A stretch of 64,000 nucleotides of DNA from assembly GCA_038871515.1 (NCBI GenBank), contig JAVZHX010000001.1, forward strand, positions 256,001 through 320,000, written 5' to 3'. Below are positions 1 through 7,857 of this stretch, one piece after another (the first letter of the stretch is position 1; each line of letters starts with the position of its first letter). Made by a program: the position numbers and the translations under genes. The notes below the pieces were generated by a model. It was not told the DNA's origin and did no database searches. It saw nothing but the letters and a program-made list of their open reading frames with translations. Source of the stretch: Candidatus Micrarchaeia archaeon. GTDB lineage: Archaea > Micrarchaeota > Micrarchaeia > Burarchaeales > Fermentimicrarchaeaceae.

Positions 1-653
1 TCGGACCATGCCTGATATAAACCTACCCTACCACTTTTCAAACTTTTATCCCCTTCCGCATCATAAAAACCTGCTATGTAATATTTCTGAAATTTGAATG
101 GAGCGTTCAAAATTATTTGAGGTGTTGGTTTGAATTTATTTTTGAATTGACCTACCACATCAAGAAAAGCATAGAGCGGCTTTGAATTTAAAGAGAATTC
201 ATGGGTGCCTTTTCTGAATCCTCTATAATGGAGCTTTAGAGCAAATGTTTTTTCTAATAATGGGTTAATTGTGTCAGTTATCCATCGTCTGTCTTTTTGG
301 GATATGTGAATCTGGTATTTGTGCGATGACATACCTCCATCTCTGAAAGCACCTAAAATATAACAAAGTTCTGGTGTTAGTTTTTTTACTAATTTCATTG
401 GCTTGTCTGATCTTTCACCTCGGATATACCCTATCTCTCTAAAAGTGAAATTCCATAGAGAAGTTTCTAGTTTTGCCAATTTTGAAATCAAATCTAAAGA
501 GGGGTACCTAGACTTGCATAGTATACATCTTAGTGTGCTTTCTTTGTAGTTAAGGTCAATCTCGTTTGTTTTTGCCGTTTTTATCAAAACTCTTAATTTT
601 TTTATATATTCTCGTGTTGGTACTAATCTAAGAGTTGGATACTCCTGCGCCAT
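1..653 (-). CDS. Intron-encoded two-motif LAGLIDADG homing endonuclease with a possible N-terminal HTH; runs off the window edge (partial)
   Basis: Translated by hand (absent from ORF track): ATG at 653, open to position 1; motifs LCYILGAFRDGG and YYIAGFYDAEG. Confidence 0.88.
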   Translation of the reverse strand, partial: MAQEYPTLRLVPTREYIKKLRVLIKTAKTNEIDLNYKESTLRCILCKSRYPSLDLISKLAKLETSLWNFTFREIGYIRGERSDKPMKLVKKLTPELCYILGAFRDGGMSSHKYQIHISQKDRRWITDTINPLLEKTFALKLHYRGFRKGTHEFSLNSKPLYAFLDVVGQFKNKFKPTPQIILNAPFKFQKYYIAGFYDAEGDKSLKSGRVGLYQAWS

Positions 654-740
654 CGAGGTTAAATAATTGGGTAGTAACACTATCCAATTTTGGATCCACC
701 GTAATTTAAAGGTTTCATTTCCAATACTCTTCGCAGCAGA
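1..740 (-). mobile_element. Intron/insertion in 23S rRNA domain I (3' end outside window)
   Basis: 23S similarity stops after ...GATAAGCCCAGGGT (741) and is followed by AT-rich DNA with a LAGLIDADG ORF; junction approximate. Confidence 0.75.
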
Positions 741-820
741 ACCCTGGGCTTATCGCAGCTTGCCACGGCCTTCCTCGCTACCTGAGCCAAGCCATCCCCT
801 GAGCGGCATGACTCACTGCA
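741..820 (-). rRNA. rrl: 23S rRNA, 5' exon (5' end approximate)
   Basis: Sense TGCCGCTCAGGGGATGGCTTGGCTCAGGTAGCGAGGAAGGCCGTGGCAAGCTGCGATAAGCC matches the archaeal 23S 5' end; lies downstream of 16S-tRNA-Ala. Confidence 0.88.
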
Positions 821-920
821 CTCGTTGATGCCAGGAACTGTAGCTTCTTCTCCTCTCACGGCTTCATGAACATCAGCCACTTCATTCAGAAAAACTTTCT
901 GAATTGCATACATGTGCGGA

Positions 921-1012
921 TGGACTCGGCGAGATGTTCAGCAGTTTATCTGCTTTTGAACTCGCGGCCTCCTCCTCGCAAAGGAGGCGCTCTACCGCTG
1001 AGCTACGAGCCC
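921..1012 (-). tRNA. tRNA-Ala(TGC) with 20-nt intron at position 59/60
   Basis: Cloverleaf GGGCTCG...CGAGTCC-A; anticodon arm CCTCC-TTTGCGA-GGAGG; T-loop TTCAAAT restored by removing 935-954. Confidence 0.95.
935..954 (-). other. tRNA-Ala T-loop intron (strict BHB)
   Basis: GCGAG/CTCGC outer helix, TTCA/TGAA central helix, AAA and CAT bulges, GCAG/CTGC inner helix. Confidence 0.92.
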
Positions 1013-1016
1013 ATAA

Positions 1017-1043
1017 GAGGCTTCAAGAACATTAAGAGTGAGC
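1017..1043 (-). other. 3' arm of the 16S pre-rRNA processing stem (BHB)
   Basis: Pairs with 4912-4938: 15-bp GAGGCTTCAAGAACA/TGTTCTTGAAGCCTC, central GGAG/CTCT, bulges AAG and TAA, TGAGC/GCTCA. Confidence 0.9.
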
Positions 1044-1261
1044 TTTCGCCTTACGCTCGCCTTGCACTCACTTCCTCGTTCTCATTTCATAGAACGATTT
1101 AAGGAGGTGATCTATCCGCAGGTTCCCCTACGGATACCTTGTTACGACTTAGCCCCTCTCATGAAGAATTAGCTCGACGAGACCCTTTCGAATCTCGCCT
1201 CACTAAAACCTCACTTGAGTGACTTGACGGGCGGTGTGTGCAAGGAGCGGGGACGTATTCA

Positions 1262-1812
1262 TTGAGCTGAAGAGACACCAAACTTTTAGTTGGGACTGTC
1301 ATGAAAAACTTTCTTACCTCTTGTCTACCATTTATATCCAGGCAGACACGTTTCCCACTCGTGAAAGTGGTCACTCGAATGCCGACACTTCGCAACAAAG
1401 TTGCGAGAAAATCTCTTATTTCCCTAGAAACAACAGCGAACCTGATTCTTGGATATGGTGGTTTGCGCCTCTGGTCTTTCTCAAGCCAACCCTCACTATC
1501 AAACCAACCGGCTGCATAGGCGAGTTGCTCTTCCAGAGAACCACGCCGAATTGCTTGAGGCACAGAAAGTAAATATGACTTTCTTCCGCGAGGAATTTCA
1601 TACTTCATAGTGAGCATATTAACTATGTTTATGGACACTAATCTCACTCGGCAGTTCCTCACATCTTCATGGGCTCCATCACTGCGGAACATTAATGCCA
1701 CCTTTCTACGAAAGGATGGATTGAAAATACGAATATCAACCCGATTCCTCCTAGTTTCGATATGACCGTCTCCACTCACAAGACCCGCGAGATAAGCTTC
1801 TCTGGTACTCAA
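1262..1812 (-). CDS. Two-motif LAGLIDADG homing endonuclease (184 aa on the circular intron; track ORF 1159..1812 reads into the exon)
   Basis: YLAGLVSGDG and YAAGWFDSEG motifs; GAGGTGA SD before TTG start; no stop codon inside the linear intron. Confidence 0.92.
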
Positions 1813-1837
1813 ATAATCACCTCTGGTGTCTCCTCAT
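1262..1837 (-). mobile_element. 16S intron, 576 nt, about E. coli 1371/1372, encodes LAGLIDADG endonuclease
   Basis: BHB: GAGC/GCTC central helix, GG|A and AA|T bulges, TGAGGAGACACCA/TGGTGTCTCTTCA stem; splicing gives GAGCGGTGAATACG. Confidence 0.93.
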
Positions 1838-1845
1838 CCGCTCGA

Positions 1846-1883
1846 GTTCACTCAGAATAGTTCAACTAGTGGACTATTCCGAT
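1846..1883 (-). other. 16S intron, 38 nt hairpin, about E. coli 1363/1364
   Basis: Strict BHB: GCTTG/CGAGC, TCAC/GTGA, bulges CA|A and AC|T, TCGGAATAGT/ACTATTCTGA stem. Confidence 0.92.
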
Positions 1884-2048
1884 TGGTGACAAGCGATTAC
1901 TAGGGATTCCAGCTTCATGAGGGCGAGTTTCAGCCCTCAATCCGAACCTGGGCCGAGTTTGGGGATTAGCTCCTCCTCTCGGAGTGGCAACCCATTGTCT
2001 CGACCATTGTATGCCACGTGTAGCCCGGGAGATTCAGGGCATACTGAC

Positions 2049-2875
2049 TTCGGCTGAACAATTGGCGTAAGATTAGAAAATATTCTTGAGTTCATGTACT
2101 TTCGTACAGATATAATCGTAAGGTCCTTTCAACTCCTCATAATCGCTATGTTGAAGCGGTAGTTCTGTTTCGATAACTGCGATTAATTTAATCTTATTAT
2201 TTAAGAATTTTGTTTTATATCCTTGATACGCCAGCTCTCTGATTCTTTCCGTTTGTTTTCTCCTGTTGATGGTGTGCAAACGTTTGCATTGAATACCGAT
2301 ATTAAATTTTTTTATGTATATATCGACAATTGATTTATTATTTATTGGATAATTTATCTTACATTCTATCCCTTTGTTTTTCAGAAAATCGGCTACTTCT
2401 TTTTCCTGAGTGCTAAATCTTTTTGCTAAGGATCTCTGCGCTCCTAGCTGCCTTGCTTTAGAAGCTTTCTCTGAAAGAGCATTTGCTTTGAACCATCCCT
2501 TGGATTCTTGTTCGGATTTTTTGAAATTATCTCTTATCCTATTTTCAGATATTCGTATGTTTCCGAGTTTTGCTAAGAAATTCTCTGCAGTTCTGATTTG
2601 CATTTTCTTTACCTTTCCGGATTCGTATTTGTGCACATTCTTGCTGATGCCTAAAAATTTTTCAAATTGTGGTTGCGACATGCTTAGATTTAGTCTTAGT
2701 AAAAGAATATACCTGGGGTTGTTGGAAAGAGTTTCCGCACTTATTTTTGTGTAATTCTTAGAATCACGTCTGAAATTCGCAATTAAATTTTCTAGTCCAT
2801 ATTTTGTTGTTGAAATTGCTGGCATAGTTATATTACGGAGCAAGGATATTTTAATCTTACGGACCAATTGTTCAT
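2049..2875 (-). mobile_element. 16S intron, 827 nt, about E. coli 1197/1198, ORF-bearing
   Basis: BHB: CGGT/GCCG, bulges AG|A and AA|G, TGAACAATTGG/CCAATTGTTCA stem; splicing gives GACGGTAGGTCAGTATG. Confidence 0.93.
2073..2825 (-). CDS. Intron-encoded XRE-type HTH + PD-(D/E)XK-like nuclease (about 250 aa)
   Basis: HTH-like LRLNLSMSQPQFEKFLGISKNVHKYESGK; nuclease-like STQEKEVADFL...IVDIYI...IGIQCKR; start placed at the first in-frame ATG inside the intron. Confidence 0.75.
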   Translation of the reverse strand: MPAISTTKYGLENLIANFRRDSKNYTKISAETLSNNPRYILLLRLNLSMSQPQFEKFLGISKNVHKYESGKVKKMQIRTAENFLAKLGNIRISENRIRDNFKKSEQESKGWFKANALSEKASKARQLGAQRSLAKRFSTQEKEVADFLKNKGIECKINYPINNKSIVDIYIKKFNIGIQCKRLHTINRRKQTERIRELAYQGYKTKFLNNKIKLIAVIETELPLQHSDYEELKGPYDYICTKVHELKNIF

Positions 2876-2978
2876 CTACCGTCGCCCTCTCCTTCCTCCT
2901 ACTTAACGTAGGCAGTCCCAACAGAGTGCTTCATCTCCGGAGAGATGAATCGCAACTGTCAGCAAGGGTCTCGCTCGT

Positions 2979-3462
2979 TTCCGGACCGCATGAGTGCTTT
3001 TTGGGAGTGCTTGAGAAATTTTTTAACAAATGCAAAAAACTCTTTTGGAGTAAGAATTGCAAGCTTTCCTTCTATGAACCTTGCTCTGAACCCCAAAAGC
3101 TCCAGAAGCATCTGCTCCTTTTCTGATGCTCTTGCGAGGTAAGGAGTATTTCCTTTTACTCCGCCGCAGGAGTCAAACAAACCTGCTAGGTATGAAGCAG
3201 AGTAGTCGTTCTTCTTCCTGAAAACATCAAGCTGATTTCTCTCAGCTTCCTCAAAGAATTTTCTGTATGCTGAATGGTAAAAGTAAATTTCATTTTCATT
3301 CAGCTGAATTTTCTGAGGAGGAATTTTGAGAGTTTTCAGCGCTTCTTTCAGGAAAATCTCGCGTATCTCTCCGCTTCCTCTTATTCCAACTCCTCTGGAA
3401 GCTTTCCTTCCTTTCCATAAACCAATCACATACGCCAGTTCAGGCGTCATTTTTATTTTCAT
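2979..3462 (-). CDS. Degenerate LAGLIDADG-family protein (no stop in the linear intron)
   Basis: MTPELAYVIGLWKGRK and YLAGLFDSCGG: LAGLIDADG helices lacking the catalytic acidic residues; GGAGTGAG upstream of ATG 3462. Confidence 0.8.
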
Positions 3463-3492
3463 CTCTCTCACTCCGGATGCACCCATGCGGTT
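2979..3492 (-). mobile_element. 16S intron, 514 nt, about E. coli 1101/1102, ORF-bearing
   Basis: Central CCGG/CCGG, bulges TA|A and AA|A, ACCGCATGGGTGC/GCACTCATGCGGT stem; splicing gives GTCCGGTAACGAGCG. Confidence 0.92.
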
Positions 3493-3537
3493 TACCGGAC
3501 TTAACCGGACACTTCACAGCACGAGCTGACGATGGCC

Positions 3538-3643
3538 TTGTGCGAGAACGTCGCTTCTCCTTATAATCATAAATTGACGAGTGTCTGAGGACATTCAGAA
3601 CAATATTCTTTATATTTGTGTCTAATTAAGAGCGGCGTTCTCT
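3538..3643 (-). other. 16S intron, 106 nt, about E. coli 1056/1057
   Basis: GTGC/GCAC central helix, AT|A and AA|G bulges, GAGAACG/CGTTCTC stem; splicing gives GTGCATGGCC. Confidence 0.9.
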
Positions 3644-3745
3644 ATGCACCACCTCTCGGCTCGTCAGGCAAGATCTTCAGTCTGGCCTTCATACTGCCGT
3701 CGCTCCCGGTGATATTCCCGGCGTTGAATCCAATTGAACCGCAGC

Positions 3746-3818
3746 TTGTGGAACTCCAACCCCTCGTTTACACTAACCGACATATACGCGTCGGAATTGG
3801 GTCAAGGGTTTGGAATTA
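3746..3818 (-). other. 16S intron, 73 nt, about E. coli 947/948
   Basis: GTGG/CCAC central helix, AT|T and AA|G bulges, AATTCCAA/TTGGAGTT stem; splicing gives GTGGATGCTGCGG. Confidence 0.88.
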
Positions 3819-3834
3819 ATCCACCCCTTGTGGT

Positions 3835-3863
3835 ATGGGAAACAATAAGAATACTTATTGTTT
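3835..3863 (-). other. 16S intron, 29 nt, about E. coli 931
   Basis: Strict BHB: GG/CC, GGGA/TCCC, bulges GC|A and AT|A, AACAATAAG/CTTATTGTT stem. Confidence 0.92.
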
Positions 3864-3876
3864 GCTCCCCCGCCAA

Positions 3877-3907
3877 TTCAGGAAGAACTAGCAATTGCTA
3901 ATTCTTT
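3877..3907 (-). other. 16S intron, 31 nt, about E. coli 919/920
   Basis: AAGAATTAGC/GCTAGTTCTT stem; central AAGG/CCTG with one A.G mismatch; removal restores AAACTTAAAGGAATTGG. Confidence 0.87.
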
Positions 3908-3936
3908 TTCCTTTAAGTTTCAACCTTGCGGCCGTA

Positions 3937-3976
3937 ATTGGGGAAGCCCGCGCCGATAAATTTCGGTTAGGCTTCT
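3937..3976 (-). other. 16S intron, 40 nt, about E. coli 890/891
   Basis: GAAGCCT/GGGCTTC stem, relaxed BHB; removal restores CCTGGGGAGTACGG. Confidence 0.87.
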
Positions 3977-4078
3977 CTCCCCAGGCGGCAGACTTAACAC
4001 CTACGCTACGGCACTGCCGTAACCCTAAGTTACGGCAACACCACAGTCTGCATAATTTACTGCTAGGGCTACTCGGGT

Positions 4079-4109
4079 GTTTAGTAACTCGAGAAGGTGC
4101 TCGAATCAT
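4079..4109 (-). other. 16S intron, 31 nt, about E. coli 793/794
   Basis: TTAG/CTAA central helix, AT|A and AC|A bulges, TGATTCGAG/CTCGAGTTA stem; removal restores GGATTAGATACCC. Confidence 0.92.
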
Positions 4110-4911
4110 ATCTAATCCGATTCGTTCTCCTAGCCTTCGTCCCTCACTGTCGGACGCGTTTTGGCCAAGCGCCTTCGCCACTGGGAGTCCTCACAGGATT
4201 AACGGATTTTACCCCTACCCCGTGAGTACTCTTGGCCTCCCCCGCTCCCAAGCCCGCCAGTATTCTCTGCACTCCTTCGAGTTGAGCCCGAAGATTTCAC
4301 AGAGAACTTAGCAGGCCAGCTACGGACTCTTTAGGCCCAATATACGTGGATACCACTCGAGCTGCCGGTGTTACCGCGGCGGCTGTCACCGGTCTTACCC
4401 AGCTCTTATTCCACAAGCTCCTTAAGCTTGTGAAAAGATGCTCGCGTGGAGCATCACTCAGAATCCCCTCGTCACGCTTGCGCGCATTGCGAAGGTTTCG
4501 CGCCTGCTGCATCCCGTAGGACTGGAGCCCTTGTCTCAGTGCTCCTCTGGGGGCGCCAACTCCCATTGCCCCCACCGATTATCGGCTTGGTGGGCCGTTA
4601 CCCCACCAACTACCTAATCGGAAGCAGTCTCATCCTAAGGCGGAAATGGCTGCATTTCGCCATTCCTTTTGGGCTATGAAGCGTTCCAGCATCCATAGCC
4701 TATGTGGTATTAGCCTCAGTTTCCCGAGGTTATCCCCCTCCTTAGGGTAGATTGACTACTCGCTACTCAGCCGTACGCCACCCCTCCTAGCAGAAGGGGT
4801 AGACTTGCATGGCTTAGTCGGATTCTGATAGCAGTACCCTCCAGCAGGATCAACTGGAGTTTTTCACGTTTAGAGCACACTTCCGCAAGTTCGGCGTAAG
4901 CACCACTAATC

Positions 4912-4938
4912 GCTCACTTCTCCTGTTCTTGAAGCCTC
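4912..4938 (-). other. 5' arm of the 16S pre-rRNA processing stem (BHB)
   Basis: Complement of 1017-1043. Confidence 0.9.
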
Positions 4939-5082
4939 AGTCAAACCCAAACCTGCTTGGATTTCCATCAGATTGTGTGCTATAGAGGAAAGGTATCTAT
5001 CACAGCACGAAATGAGAATTCGCGCTCCATTTACGCCGGAGTCTATAGCGTCCGCACGGCGAATAAAGATTATACACACTCT

Positions 5083-5100
5083 TATTTAAATACTTTACGG
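5083..5100 (-). promoter_or_regulatory. Probable rRNA operon promoter (BRE + TATA)
   Basis: Sense CCGTAAAGTA-TTTAAATA about 225 nt upstream of 16S. Confidence 0.6.
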
Positions 5101-5140
5101 TAGAAAAACCGTCGTGAAAGTTTTGGAATTTCTTTTTTAT

Positions 5141-5524
5141 TTATAAACATCTATCGCCGAGAAGAATGTATCTGAATTCCTCTCCCCTGCTGCATTTGTA
5201 TGCCCCGTATAATGCGTATAATGAAAGCAGTGAGTAAACAACAAATTCAATGCTCTTCACAAGCACCTCATCAACTTTCTGCGCTCTTCCATTTGGGGAG
5301 GGAAGCAGCATTATCAACTCTGCGGAGAAGGAGATGAGTAGAAGAAGAAGCAAAGAAAAAATTTGGTAGTATGCTGCTTGCTTTGCCTGAAATTCAGAGT
5401 ATTTTGTGTGTTTGACTGTTTTCCAAATTAGCAAAGGAAAAAGAAATGAGTAGCGAAAGAAAAAGCCAAACAGCATGCTTGCGTGTGCAAGGACTGCAAT
5501 TCTCACTGAGCGCCTGTCCATCAA
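5141..5524 (-). CDS. DUF4870-like membrane protein
   Basis: AVLAH...PLLIW...QAKQAAYYQ...GEEFRY pattern with several hydrophobic segments. Confidence 0.7.
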   Translation of the reverse strand: MMDRRSVRIAVLAHASMLFGFFFRYSFLFPLLIWKTVKHTKYSEFQAKQAAYYQIFSLLLLLLISFSAELIMLLPSPNGRAQKVDEVLVKSIEFVVYSLLSLYALYGAYKCSRGEEFRYILLGDRCL

Positions 5525-5529
5525 ATCAG

Positions 5530-5916
5530 CTAAAGATAATCTTTCAATAATTCAGCTGCTTTCTCTGGTTTATTCACCTTCACTGCAAAAACTCCCTTGT
5601 TATCCTCCTTCCTCAAAAAAAGAACACTCCTTATGTTTATTCCTGCTTCTGCAAGAGTTAAAGCAACCTTTGCAAGCTCCCCTGGCTGATCCTCTATTTT
5701 CAAAAGTAGTGTATCTGAAACAGTAACCTTGAAGCCTGCCTTCTCAAGCAGCTGTATAGCTTCATTTTCTTTTGATGCAACCAGATGAATCACTGCGTTC
5801 TTTCCAACTGTTTCCACTCCAACTGAATCAATGTTTATGTTGCTGTCGCCAAGAATTTTTGAAATCTGCGCGAGCAAGCCAACTCTGTCCTTTGCAACAA
5901 TTATCAACTCTCTCAT
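5530..5916 (-). CDS. Tandem ACT-domain protein
   Basis: Two ACT repeats: DRVGLLAQISKIL..NINI and DQPGELAKVALTL..GINI. Confidence 0.88.
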   Translation of the reverse strand: MRELIIVAKDRVGLLAQISKILGDSNINIDSVGVETVGKNAVIHLVASKENEAIQLLEKAGFKVTVSDTLLLKIEDQPGELAKVALTLAEAGINIRSVLFLRKEDNKGVFAVKVNKPEKAAELLKDYL

Positions 5917-5964
5917 TTTTTCACCAAAAGGGAATTGGGGAGGATATGTTTATAAGAATATCCA

Positions 5965-6036
5965 AGCCCCAGGCGAGGATTGAACTCGCGACCTTTTGCT
6001 TACCACGCAAACGCTCTACCACTGAGCTACTGGGGC
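5965..6036 (-). tRNA. tRNA-Thr(GGT)
   Basis: GCCCCAG...CTGGGGC-T; anticodon arm TTTGC-GTGGTAA-GCAAA. Confidence 0.93.
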
Positions 6037-6042
6037 GGTGTT

Positions 6043-7353
<1,311 letters not shown>

Positions 7354-7408
7354 TTACTCCTTTTAAATTAATAATATTGTTAAGTGTGGTTAAGTGCATG
7401 CGCATTTA

Positions 7409-7780
7409 TTAGTAGTTCAACGGGCAGTCGAGCGATTCTAATTGTGGTAACAATCCAAGCTGCAATATGTAATAGATTACGATGGGGGCAAAAACTGCAC
7501 TCACTATTGCAATTATTCCTGCAATAAGAAGTGACAACATCCAGAATGAAATTTTAGCTTTTGTTTGAGAGTTGAATTTGAGGCTGATAGAGTATAGTAA
7601 GGCTGCAAGGAGCCAGTGCACCAGAGCGAGATTCACGATGCCTCCAAGTAGTAATATAAGACACGGAATTTTGAATCCATTTGAGATCCAGTCGAATACA
7701 ACTTTGAGTATATAGCTAAACAGGAAGAGCATAAAGCTTGTGAGTAAGATTTTTATGTCTTCTATAATCCTCTTGTTGAT
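7409..7780 (-). CDS. Hypothetical membrane protein (possible ATC start at 7780; first ATG at 7732)
   Basis: Hydrophobic ORF; GGTGG-4nt-ATC upstream in frame. Confidence 0.55.
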   Translation of the reverse strand: MNKRIIEDIKILLTSFMLFLFSYILKVVFDWISNGFKIPCLILLLGGIVNLALVHWLLAALLYSISLKFNSQTKAKISFWMLSLLIAGIIAIVSAVFAPIVIYYILQLGLLPQLESLDCPLNY

Positions 7781-7857
7781 AGGACCACCAGTTTACATTT
7801 TGATGATGCGGTATTTAAAGAATTAGGATAATAATTAATTGTTCTGTGGGTGGTTGC

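Larger units (their letters stand above)
1102..4860 (-). rRNA. rrs: 16S rRNA gene interrupted by 10 BHB/BHL introns
   Basis: 5' ACTCCAGTTGATCCTGCTGG, 3' GATCACCTCCT; conserved motifs are restored after removing 10 insertions (about 1494 nt spliced). Confidence 0.98.

Noticed and set aside
654..740. Group I intron core (AAATTACGGTGGA resembles a P element)
   Set aside because: No matching Q strand before the ORF and the 3' end is not visible, so the type is left undetermined
680..1102. Track ORFs 680..913 and 866..1102
   Set aside because: They overlap the 23S 5' exon, spacer and tRNA-Ala; shadow ORFs
2826..2921. N-terminal extension of the 282-aa track ORF
   Set aside because: Starts in 16S exon sequence outside the intron; a start inside the intron is more plausible
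3538..3643. C/D-box guide RNA within the 106-nt intron
   Set aside because: A CTGA is present but there is no convincing RTGATGA C box; an AT-rich remnant is more likely
3875..3910. Alternative perfect BHB register (AGGA/TCCT) for the 919 intron
   Set aside because: It would leave two extra A residues in the universally conserved AAAGGAATTG; kept the register that restores 16S
3746..4109. CRISPR-like alternation of short hairpins and spacers
   Set aside because: The hairpins share no sequence and the spacers are 16S exons; no CRISPR array or cas gene seen in the window
3616..4679. Several 60-140 aa ORFs on both strands
   Set aside because: Translations of 16S exons and mini-introns, with no protein motifs
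914..5057. GTGCGGA/TCCGCAC pairing between the rRNA leader (5051-5057) and the tRNA-Ala trailer (914-920)
   Set aside because: Only 7 bp; plausible pre-rRNA helix but too short to support alone
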